Positions 56,330 through 64,000 of a stretch of 64,000 nt of DNA are shown here, piece by piece. The stretch is from positions 1 through 64,000 of the IMG/VR virus record IMGVR_UViG_3300031800_000001. One strand, 5' to 3'. Below the pieces are notes generated by a model. The model was not told where the DNA came from, searched no databases, and saw only the letters and a list, made by a program, of their open reading frames with translations. This DNA comes from a virus. The position numbers were made by a program, and so were the translations under genes. Within the stretch, counting starts at the first letter, position 1. Each line of letters begins with the position of its first letter.

Positions 56330-57382
56330 ATGTTCATTACACAGCCACGGAATTGCGCTCTTATTGGAAGCATACCATCAGGAATATTTGAAGGTGACGG
56401 TTCAATTCTTCCGAAGACAACTGGGCACTCGACTTCCGATAACGGCGGAACAAAGCTGGTTGGGTACTTTAACCCAAATGATACAGGTAACGTGTCGGGC
56501 TCGACATACAACAACCTAGTTAGTGGTGAAATGGACTTGGCCATCTACAACGGAATGTCTTATACCACGGGATTTGTCGATGGAGCGGGTTTCTGGAGCG
56601 AAACAAGCGGCACGTTGTTTGACGGCAAAATCGTGGACGCGTCGGATTTTAGACTTACTCGTTATTTTGAGAGCGATGGAGCGGATGATTTTTTAGGACC
56701 TATGTTGTCGTTTTCCGAAGGCTACATCCCCGACGTCCAAGAAACGGGTCTTTATTTAAATGCCGGTGACGGACCCTCGCCTCACGGTGGATATCAAAAT
56801 CACGGTTGGGCGATGTGTATGTGGGTAAATTTTCCTCAGCAAGCTTGGGGAACGAGTGGTAATGTTTTGTTTAGCTGTGGACGCGATGTTATGGATGATA
56901 GATCAACCCTAGCATATACTCTAGAGACGGGGTTTGCATATCAATTTGGTTTGGGGGCAACATATGCCGACACGCAAACACATATTAAACCAATAGAAGC
57001 CGATAGATGGTATTTTGTTGCGTATCAAAACAACGGCACTCGCAGCTTTCTTTACAATGATGATGGAACCGAGATCTCCGTTGATGGCAAGATCCTTCCT
57101 CTCCGACACGAATATGGTGAGTTTTTAAAGCAGGGGAGGTATGCTATGCCAATATACATAGGGGGGTACTACGAGCAGTACGAAATAGACCCACCACTAG
57201 CCGAAAGGGCATATGATGTATCTAAATCAGGAACAAAATTCGGAATGATGCTCCTATACAGCGGCGAAATAGGAATCAATAGAATTATACAAAATTATAT
57301 AGCTACAAGAGATATGTATAACAGAAATAGCGGAGAAAAAGATCCATATTTTGTAGAAAGCCAAGATACATTTACATATTAA
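56330..57382 (+). CDS. LamG/concanavalin-A-like domain protein
   Basis: F..DG.DD, W.MCMWVN, RWYFVA, IYIG, I.QNY.A. Confidence 0.7.
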   Translation: MFITQPRNCALIGSIPSGIFEGDGSILPKTTGHSTSDNGGTKLVGYFNPNDTGNVSGSTYNNLVSGEMDLAIYNGMSYTTGFVDGAGFWSETSGTLFDGKIVDASDFRLTRYFESDGADDFLGPMLSFSEGYIPDVQETGLYLNAGDGPSPHGGYQNHGWAMCMWVNFPQQAWGTSGNVLFSCGRDVMDDRSTLAYTLETGFAYQFGLGATYADTQTHIKPIEADRWYFVAYQNNGTRSFLYNDDGTEISVDGKILPLRHEYGEFLKQGRYAMPIYIGGYYEQYEIDPPLAERAYDVSKSGTKFGMMLLYSGEIGINRIIQNYIATRDMYNRNSGEKDPYFVESQDTFTY

Positions 57383-57430
57383 AAATAATTAGCAAGAACA
57401 CGATCTGAACCCTAAAATAGAAAGAAGAAG

Positions 57431-58345
57431 ATGGATCTAGGAAAGAAAAATAAACAAATATTTGTAAAACAAATAAGCACATCAGGATGGGAGCAAGGCG
57501 GAGCCCATACTGACTATGAGAATGTTTTCAAAATAGGAAATCCGGGTGACGGAATATTTATTTCTTCAGAAGGAGATAGATTTACAATAACCAGCATTAC
57601 TGGCTCAAACATCACCGGCAGTTTCGCAAGCTCGGGGATTTATGTGGGAAACACAGAGAACACTCTTCTTTTCAAATCTGTAATAGGAGGCAGTGGAATA
57701 CAAATCACCGGTTATACGGGGGATTTGGTTATAGACTTTACGGGTAAACCTAGCCCAGAAGGACAAAACATAGGTACTGATTCGTCGGCTACTGGTTTAA
57801 GTGGGGTATTTAGGGGGATAGACCAAGCGGCGGATGGAACTAGTATTTTCCAATTCAGAAGCTTAACTGGTGCCGGAAATATTATTATCACAGGCGACAC
57901 GGGTAGATTAATTATAAGCGGAAATAATAGCGCCGGCGCTGGAGGTGGCGGAGGTGGCGGGGGTGGCTATACGGGTCATCATATTTATAGTGGAGGAACA
58001 AATCCGGAAGATAGCGGAATTGGGATGATTGAGCAGAGCGGATTTACGGGAAGTTTTGCGCAGTCATTTTCGCAAATGATGGTAACCGGAGATATAACTG
58101 GATTTAGTATGTCCGGAATGACAACTGGTGCGGCAGCCACAATAATGATAACCTGCCCAACCGGAAATAACGTAAGCTTCATGAACGAATTCACATTCAT
58201 AGGAGAAGAACCCGTGGCTTTTCACTCTGGAAAAACAGGCCTACTTGTTTTTACTTGCTTTGGCACTGGAGGCCCCGGGATTTCCCCACATGAGCACAAT
58301 ACGCTTCCAAGCGGAGTGTTAGCGGCATACGGAGTACAGGATTAA
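57431..58345 (+). CDS. tail fibre/adaptor-like protein
   Basis: L.FKS..GG.GI.IT repeats; C-terminal domain similar to that of 52281..56327. Confidence 0.65.
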   Translation: MDLGKKNKQIFVKQISTSGWEQGGAHTDYENVFKIGNPGDGIFISSEGDRFTITSITGSNITGSFASSGIYVGNTENTLLFKSVIGGSGIQITGYTGDLVIDFTGKPSPEGQNIGTDSSATGLSGVFRGIDQAADGTSIFQFRSLTGAGNIIITGDTGRLIISGNNSAGAGGGGGGGGGYTGHHIYSGGTNPEDSGIGMIEQSGFTGSFAQSFSQMMVTGDITGFSMSGMTTGAAATIMITCPTGNNVSFMNEFTFIGEEPVAFHSGKTGLLVFTCFGTGGPGISPHEHNTLPSGVLAAYGVQD

Positions 58346-58347
58346 GG

Positions 58348-59325
58348 ATGCATATAACAGACTGGAAAAGCACTGCTTGGCTACGAGCATTGGGACAGAA
58401 GTCTAGTTCAATCGTCGATGACGTTGAATTCAGGCCCGGAAAAGTTATATCCAAAAATCTTATTGGTCACTTTGATCCGAATAATATTTCTTGTTATAAC
58501 GGCGCTGTGGGAGGGGATACATACAGCAATTTGGTGGCCGGTCAGGAAGATTTATGTCTTTGGAATATGGATACGGTGCCGACGTTTGGCGAAACGCCTG
58601 ATTTTGAATCACCGACAAGCACCTCGGTGGGCTATTTTATGGGAGATGGATTAGACAACTATATGCGCGAATGCGGGGGATATGCCGGAGGGTTCGCCCT
58701 TAATGTATCAAACGATTTTACCCTGAATGTCTGGGTTCAAGTGAATGCGGTTGCGCTTGGAAAACTAGGAGGCTCATCGTGTCCAAGATATGGAGGCTAC
58801 ATTGGGGTCGGTGCTATAAACGACAAGTCTAACGGTGGGTGTGCGGTTGGAGTTGTAGGAGACGATAGTGGGAACTACGGCAGGATTGCCCTGTTCGCGC
58901 CGTCGGCGGATAGCCCGGCGGCGTATAGTGATCGCCGCTCAATCGGGTCGAAGATTGAGTCAAATAAATGGTATATGTTTTCACTAGTAAAAGAAGTTCT
59001 TAGTCCAAATTTTGATAGAATTACTTTGTATTTAAATGGGGTTTACCAAAGGTTAATTACGGGGGCGAATTGCACGCAAACTGGCACAGGACAACACAAA
59101 GGAGAACTGATTCCGGCTGGCTATATTGGTGGGGCCCAACAGGTAGTTGTTATGGCTTTATGGCAAGAATATTACGGCATGGGTTCGCCTTCCCCCGCGT
59201 CGAGTGCTAATTTTGGCCACATTTTGGTATACAACAGGGCATTAAAACACTCAGAATTAAGACAAAACTATTTAGCGCTAAATCAACTCTATTATCCATT
59301 TAGAGAAGGAGCAATAATACAATGA
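58348..59325 (+). CDS. LamG/concanavalin-A-like domain protein
   Basis: DG.DNY, FTLNVWV, NKWY, LYLNG, VYNRAL...E..QNY.A. Confidence 0.75.
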   Translation: MHITDWKSTAWLRALGQKSSSIVDDVEFRPGKVISKNLIGHFDPNNISCYNGAVGGDTYSNLVAGQEDLCLWNMDTVPTFGETPDFESPTSTSVGYFMGDGLDNYMRECGGYAGGFALNVSNDFTLNVWVQVNAVALGKLGGSSCPRYGGYIGVGAINDKSNGGCAVGVVGDDSGNYGRIALFAPSADSPAAYSDRRSIGSKIESNKWYMFSLVKEVLSPNFDRITLYLNGVYQRLITGANCTQTGTGQHKGELIPAGYIGGAQQVVVMALWQEYYGMGSPSPASSANFGHILVYNRALKHSELRQNYLALNQLYYPFREGAIIQ

Positions 59326-59567
59326 GAGAAGACCTAAAATTTGTTATATTAAACGAGAACGAAGTGGGCTATGTTGACTTCACAGAAGTCCTTCAAACTA
59401 GCCCAGCGTCAATGAGATATTCTTTAGATAGAAGCAAAACATTTGTAAAATATAAAGGGGAGCAGCCCGAGTTTATATTTGAAATTACAAACGATCTAGT
59501 GGGAAGAAAAGAATACTCACACCAAGAGTTTTTGGAAATACTTAGCACAGAAGAATGGAACCGATAA
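59322..59567 (+). CDS. small phage hypothetical protein
   Basis: VDF.EV.QTS..S.RYSLD.SKTFVKY.GEQP...EW pattern. Confidence 0.65.
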   Translation: MREDLKFVILNENEVGYVDFTEVLQTSPASMRYSLDRSKTFVKYKGEQPEFIFEITNDLVGRKEYSHQEFLEILSTEEWNR

Positions 59568-61846
59568 AAGAACCACCCGAAGAGTATACGCTGGCTCTGG
59601 GAGACGTGATAGTTGGCTTACGCAAACTAGACGACAGAACATTTGCGCCCAAAAATTCCAAAATTTTCAACTCCGTTTTAATCAAAAATGAAAAATCATA
59701 CCTAACGGATAGGTTCAGAGTTTGCCTATCTACAGCAAACCAAGAAGAGGATATTCTAAATATACTGAATGATATAGAAGAAAAAATGGAAGGTAAAAAA
59801 TGGATTTTCTTCGTTGCCGATTATTCGAAGGGCGATGAGGCTTTCGAAAAAATAAAGCAACACACCACCTCTGCGGGTTCATTTTTCCCGATAAAGCTTA
59901 AACACTGTAAGGACGAGTTGTCCGCCGAAAAGGCTATAGGTAAAATATCTGACATCTACGAAGAAGAGTATCCATATAAGTTAGATTTTAGAAAAGAAAA
60001 CCCCTCAAAAATTGACCACAAAATACAAAGCTTTTGCTTCGTGGCCACAAAAGAAGTAAAAGAAGAAGCAGCAATTCTGATTAAAAGCCTCAGGGGATTT
60101 CATTCTGAGCCAATATATGTTGTTTGCGACAAGGAAACTGAATATTTCTTATCATGCATAGACTTGGACTTGAATGATATTTTCTTCAGGCTCGAAATGG
60201 AACAGAAGATTTTAGACGCTATAGACAAAAAATATAATTTTGAAAGAAAAAATAATTATCACCGGCCAGAATGCATCATAAAAAAAATGGACTGCATGAG
60301 TTACGCCTTGGAAAACCACGACAACGTGTTCTTTTTGGATAGCGACATGATTGTGTTAGATTCTCTTCAGGAGAAGTTCGACAAAGACATTTTCCTGTCT
60401 CCTCACTATCACAAGACGGGCACACCCGACTCGAACAACTCTGTTGATTATGGGTTCTTTAATGCAGGGTACGTGTTTTGTGCGAATTCAGATTTGCCAA
60501 ATTTCTGGAAGGACGCTTATATAAATGATTCTGATTTTTTTGAACAAGAATGCATGAACCAAATATGTGAGAAATTTGATGTCGGATTTTTTAGTAACCG
60601 TCACAACGTAGGGTTTTGGAGAAAAAACTTTAATGCAAAAATTGAACCAAAAAGTATACATGTCCACGCGGTAGATAACGAAAATTTACAAAGGAACGCT
60701 GGGCTCAAATCAGAAAACAATAAATTAAAATTAAAAACAATTAAACTGCTGCAGTCTAGCGAAAACGAAAACCATCACGAGATATTAGAATTTATAAATA
60801 AAATAGATAGCGGGTGGGGAGGGAGACAGGAGAGTTTTAGGTTCGCAACATCAAACCCCAATGGAAAAATAAACTTAGGTTTGCAAACCGTTTTCGATTC
60901 CCATAGGAGCGGCTGGAAATATGCTGTGAGCGCACTGGCTTCTTTACACAACAACAATGGAGTTTTGTTAGACGGATTCTTAGAGAATAATTTCGCTTGG
61001 CATTTAGAAGAATACAGGAGAGAAAGAAAAGTTATACCCTATAAAATCCCTTGGGTTGGGTTTTTCCATAACCCACAGAACATGCCGCCTTGGTTTTTCA
61101 ACAAGTATTCCTTACAGAACATTATTGCGGGAGATGAGTTCCAAGAAAGCCTCGAGCATTGCGTGGGGCTATTCACGTTATCGGAATATCATGCAAAATA
61201 CCTAAGGGAAACAACCGGCAAGACGGTATGCTCGCTTATTCATCCAACAGAAATACCCGAAACTCTTTTCGACTATGATAAATTTTTAAAAAATAAAAAC
61301 AAACAAATAGTAAACATTGGCTATTGGTTGAGAAAATTAAATTCCATCTACTCAATCCCCATAGCCTCAGGAAACGAATACGTTAAACTCAGGCTGATTC
61401 CCTATTCTTCTGCTAGACCGCTGGAAGTAATAGACAAGATGCTGCGGAAAGAAAAAGATATATACGACATAAGAATAGAACAAAAATATATAGAAAACAC
61501 AATAACAAAGAGCTCCCTTTCAAACGAAGACTACGATACACTTCTTTCCGAAAATATAGTCTTTTTAGATCTTTATGATTCTAGCGCAAATAACGCAGTG
61601 ATAGAGTGTATGGCTCGCGCAACGCCGCTCCTTGTTAACCCGCTGCCGGCAGTAATAGAATACTTGGGCAAGGATTATCCATTTTACTACGACTCCCTTG
61701 AGGAAGCCGCGGGAAAGGCCGAGAACTTTGAGCTAGTAAAAGAAACTCACGAATACCTTAAAGATTGCGAAATCAGAAAAAAATTATCTCAAGAGCATTT
61801 TAAAAAATCGTTTGAAGAAAGCGAAGTGTACGGTCTATTAAAATGA
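59555..61846 (+). CDS. multidomain glycosyltransferase
   Basis: GT-A-like FLDSD, FNAGY, EQ..MN; C-terminal GT-B-like N.VIECMARATPLLVN. Confidence 0.75.
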   Translation: MEPIKEPPEEYTLALGDVIVGLRKLDDRTFAPKNSKIFNSVLIKNEKSYLTDRFRVCLSTANQEEDILNILNDIEEKMEGKKWIFFVADYSKGDEAFEKIKQHTTSAGSFFPIKLKHCKDELSAEKAIGKISDIYEEEYPYKLDFRKENPSKIDHKIQSFCFVATKEVKEEAAILIKSLRGFHSEPIYVVCDKETEYFLSCIDLDLNDIFFRLEMEQKILDAIDKKYNFERKNNYHRPECIIKKMDCMSYALENHDNVFFLDSDMIVLDSLQEKFDKDIFLSPHYHKTGTPDSNNSVDYGFFNAGYVFCANSDLPNFWKDAYINDSDFFEQECMNQICEKFDVGFFSNRHNVGFWRKNFNAKIEPKSIHVHAVDNENLQRNAGLKSENNKLKLKTIKLLQSSENENHHEILEFINKIDSGWGGRQESFRFATSNPNGKINLGLQTVFDSHRSGWKYAVSALASLHNNNGVLLDGFLENNFAWHLEEYRRERKVIPYKIPWVGFFHNPQNMPPWFFNKYSLQNIIAGDEFQESLEHCVGLFTLSEYHAKYLRETTGKTVCSLIHPTEIPETLFDYDKFLKNKNKQIVNIGYWLRKLNSIYSIPIASGNEYVKLRLIPYSSARPLEVIDKMLRKEKDIYDIRIEQKYIENTITKSSLSNEDYDTLLSENIVFLDLYDSSANNAVIECMARATPLLVNPLPAVIEYLGKDYPFYYDSLEEAAGKAENFELVKETHEYLKDCEIRKKLSQEHFKKSFEESEVYGLLK

Positions 61847-62979
61847 ACGGAGATAAAAGACACAAAATGGCAATCCGTAAAAGGATTAGGAAAGATAATT
61901 TCCTAGATTCCGAAGGGATAGTTAATACCCCCAGAAAGTCAGAAGGAAAATTTTGCAAGAATCCTTTTGACCAATTTGAAATTCACCCTAACGGTATGGT
62001 GTCTGTTTGCTGCATGAGTTGGCTTCCCGAGAAAATAGGAAACGTCAAAGAAGAAAGCGTTAAGGAGGTTTTCAACTCGGAAAAAGCACAGGAAATAAGA
62101 GAAAGCATATTGGATGGTTCTTTCAAATACTGCGATCACAAACTATGCCCATACATACAGAACGGATCTTTGCCGGACAAGGAAGAGGTTACTGATCCTC
62201 GTCATAAATCAATTATAAAAAACAACAAAACAAAAGACCTTGAGCCGACGTTTTATAATCTTTGCTATGATGAGTCCTGTAATTTAAGCTGCCCAAGCTG
62301 TAGAAAAAATAAGATTCTTTATTACGAGGGCAAAGTTTATGAAGAAAAGAAAAAAATACAAGATAATATAATAAAACATATCTTCGGAAAGCCTCACGAC
62401 AATTACTGCCTTATTAACGTAACTGGCTCGGGAGACCCATTCGGATCGAAGCTTTTTAGGGAACTGTTGTTTAGTATAGATGGAGAAAAATTTCCTAGGG
62501 TATTTTTTAATCTACAGACAAACGGGGTAATGTTCACCCCCAAGTATTGGGAAAAGATGAAAAGAATACAAAAAAACATCAACACAGTTATGGTTTCATA
62601 TGACGCCGGAACACCAGAAACATATAAGATTACCCGCAGGGGAGGGGATTGGGATCAGCTTCAAAAAAATATGAAATTTCTGAGCTCTCTAAGACAAAAA
62701 GGTCTTATCAATGAGCTAAGAATAGACTGCGTTGTCCAAAAAGCTAACTACAAAGAATTAGATAAGCTAGTGAAGATAGGTTTAGACTTGAAAGTGGATA
62801 AAGTATTTTTTTCGCTACTCGTAGATTGGGGCACATGGACACCCGAAATATACAAACAAAATTGTATATGGAAAAAAACACATCCAGAATTTGAAGAATT
62901 TACAAAGGCTTTGCTGAATCCAATTTTCAATGACCCGATTGTGGACTTAGGAAATTTAACGGAATACAAAAAATGTTAG
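61843..62979 (+). CDS. radical SAM protein with N-terminal SPASM-like domain
   Basis: CNLSCPSC, GSGDPF, LQTNG; N-terminal C..PF...I..NG.V..CC. Confidence 0.85.
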   Translation: MNGDKRHKMAIRKRIRKDNFLDSEGIVNTPRKSEGKFCKNPFDQFEIHPNGMVSVCCMSWLPEKIGNVKEESVKEVFNSEKAQEIRESILDGSFKYCDHKLCPYIQNGSLPDKEEVTDPRHKSIIKNNKTKDLEPTFYNLCYDESCNLSCPSCRKNKILYYEGKVYEEKKKIQDNIIKHIFGKPHDNYCLINVTGSGDPFGSKLFRELLFSIDGEKFPRVFFNLQTNGVMFTPKYWEKMKRIQKNINTVMVSYDAGTPETYKITRRGGDWDQLQKNMKFLSSLRQKGLINELRIDCVVQKANYKELDKLVKIGLDLKVDKVFFSLLVDWGTWTPEIYKQNCIWKKTHPEFEEFTKALLNPIFNDPIVDLGNLTEYKKC

Positions 62980-63680
62980 TATTTAATAAATTAAAATGCG
63001 TGTTCACGCCCATATTGAAAGTGGGCACGAATAGTTTTTTTTACTATTGGGGAGACGTAATGTATGGAGAAGAAGACTCCTTGGTTAAGAAAGTGAAAAA
63101 AGGCACTGGTGGAGGTCACTCCACCAAACTTAGACATAGGGTTAAGAGGGATTTTAACGTGGAGTGGGACCCATCGGTTCGAGAGTCTGTTGCGGGCTAT
63201 TATAAATTTGCTTTTGTAAGAAATCCGTGGGTCAGGGCCGTGTCGGCTTTTCGGGAACTAATAAGGCGGTATCCATTTGGGCAAACCGTGGTAAACGAAG
63301 AAGCGGGGTTAACTTATTACGAAATATATGATTTAATGGATGGGCATGTGGATTTTGAAAATTTTATTAATTTTGTCGTAAATAGAGAAAGGGATCACAC
63401 AAATGTAATTAATGGGCATTGGAGAACGCAAGTCGTGACTCTTTGTATGCATCATAAGGAAGGAGCTATGGAATATGATTTTTTTGGTAAATTGGAAAAT
63501 GTTGATGATGATCTAAATAAGGCTCAAAAGCGTTTGGGTCTTGAAGAAACTAAATTATCCAAAGAGCATGAAACTGCGGCATACGATTATAAATTGTACT
63601 ACAAAAACAAAAAAATAATCGACATGGTCGGGGAATATTATAAAGAAGACATAGAGAAATTCGGTTATGATTTCGCATAA
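62973..63680 (+). CDS. sulfotransferase (Sulfotransfer_2 type)
   Basis: KVGTNS, FAFVRNPW.RAVSAF, HW..Q, Y..D...FGYDF. Confidence 0.85.
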   Translation: MLVFNKLKCVFTPILKVGTNSFFYYWGDVMYGEEDSLVKKVKKGTGGGHSTKLRHRVKRDFNVEWDPSVRESVAGYYKFAFVRNPWVRAVSAFRELIRRYPFGQTVVNEEAGLTYYEIYDLMDGHVDFENFINFVVNRERDHTNVINGHWRTQVVTLCMHHKEGAMEYDFFGKLENVDDDLNKAQKRLGLEETKLSKEHETAAYDYKLYYKNKKIIDMVGEYYKEDIEKFGYDFA

Positions 63681-64000
63681 GCATAAAATAATTTTCGTGC
63701 CCATCCCAAAGAACGCCAGCCGCTCTATCGCTTTTCTTATTAATGGGGATGAATCGGATTATGGACACTCTACTGCCAAGGGTCTAATGAGAAAGCATAG
63801 GGAATATTGGGATGATTATTATAAGTTTTGTGTGGTAAGAAACCCTTATGATAGGATTGTGTCTGCATATCATCATTTCAAAACCACGCAATTCAAGCGA
63901 GGCGTAAGGGGTTCGAAGCCAAGGCGTATGCAGAATTTACTTAAACAATATTCGGGTTTTCAGGATTTTGTTTTGAATTATCTTAAAGACGCAGAGTTGG
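63667..64000 (+). CDS. second sulfotransferase (truncated by window end)
   Basis: MISHKHKIIFVPIPKNASRS...YYKFCVVRNPYDRIVSAY. Confidence 0.8.
   Translation, partial: MISHKHKIIFVPIPKNASRSIAFLINGDESDYGHSTAKGLMRKHREYWDDYYKFCVVRNPYDRIVSAYHHFKTTQFKRGVRGSKPRRMQNLLKQYSGFQDFVLNYLKDAEL

Noticed and set aside
1-64000. Stop-codon reassignment
   Set aside because: Conserved genes are full length under the standard code, TAG and TGA end real genes, and no suppressor tRNA is seen

Overview
A 64-kb piece of a large tailed dsDNA bacteriophage genome, read with the standard genetic code; the host cannot be determined from this window. It has two halves. LEFT (~1-30.7 kb) is an early/middle region of mostly tiny ORFs. 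It also carries an ATP-dependent DNA ligase, an RpoD-like sigma factor, GMP reductase, rIIA/rIIB, a RuvB-like ATPase, T5orf172-, DUF932- and Gp88-like proteins, an ArfA-like peptide and three tRNAs. From ~18.4 to 30.7 kb it is a cassette-like array of mini-genes, each driven by repeated promoter modules. These modules contain at least 16 perfect DnaA-box matches, GC-rich CGGG-N-CCCG cores and six copies of a dyad/extended -10 element. The left half also holds several unannotated structured RNAs: a three-copy covarying three-way-junction motif, a ~760-nt minus-strand RNA with a boxB/boxA-like leader and an embedded tRNA-like domain, and an anti-SD sRNA candidate. It is almost free of GATC. RIGHT (~30.8-64 kb) is the late/virion region: tmRNA with a 35-aa tag, PhoH, a second sigma factor, terminase, portal, tail-tube-like protein, tubulin/FtsZ-family GTPase, holin/spanin-like genes, ClpP, capsid genes, collagen-like fibre and LamG proteins rich in [S/T]G, then glycosyltransferase, radical SAM and sulfotransferase genes. 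All family calls come from motif recognition by eye, not database searches, and all counts are manual.
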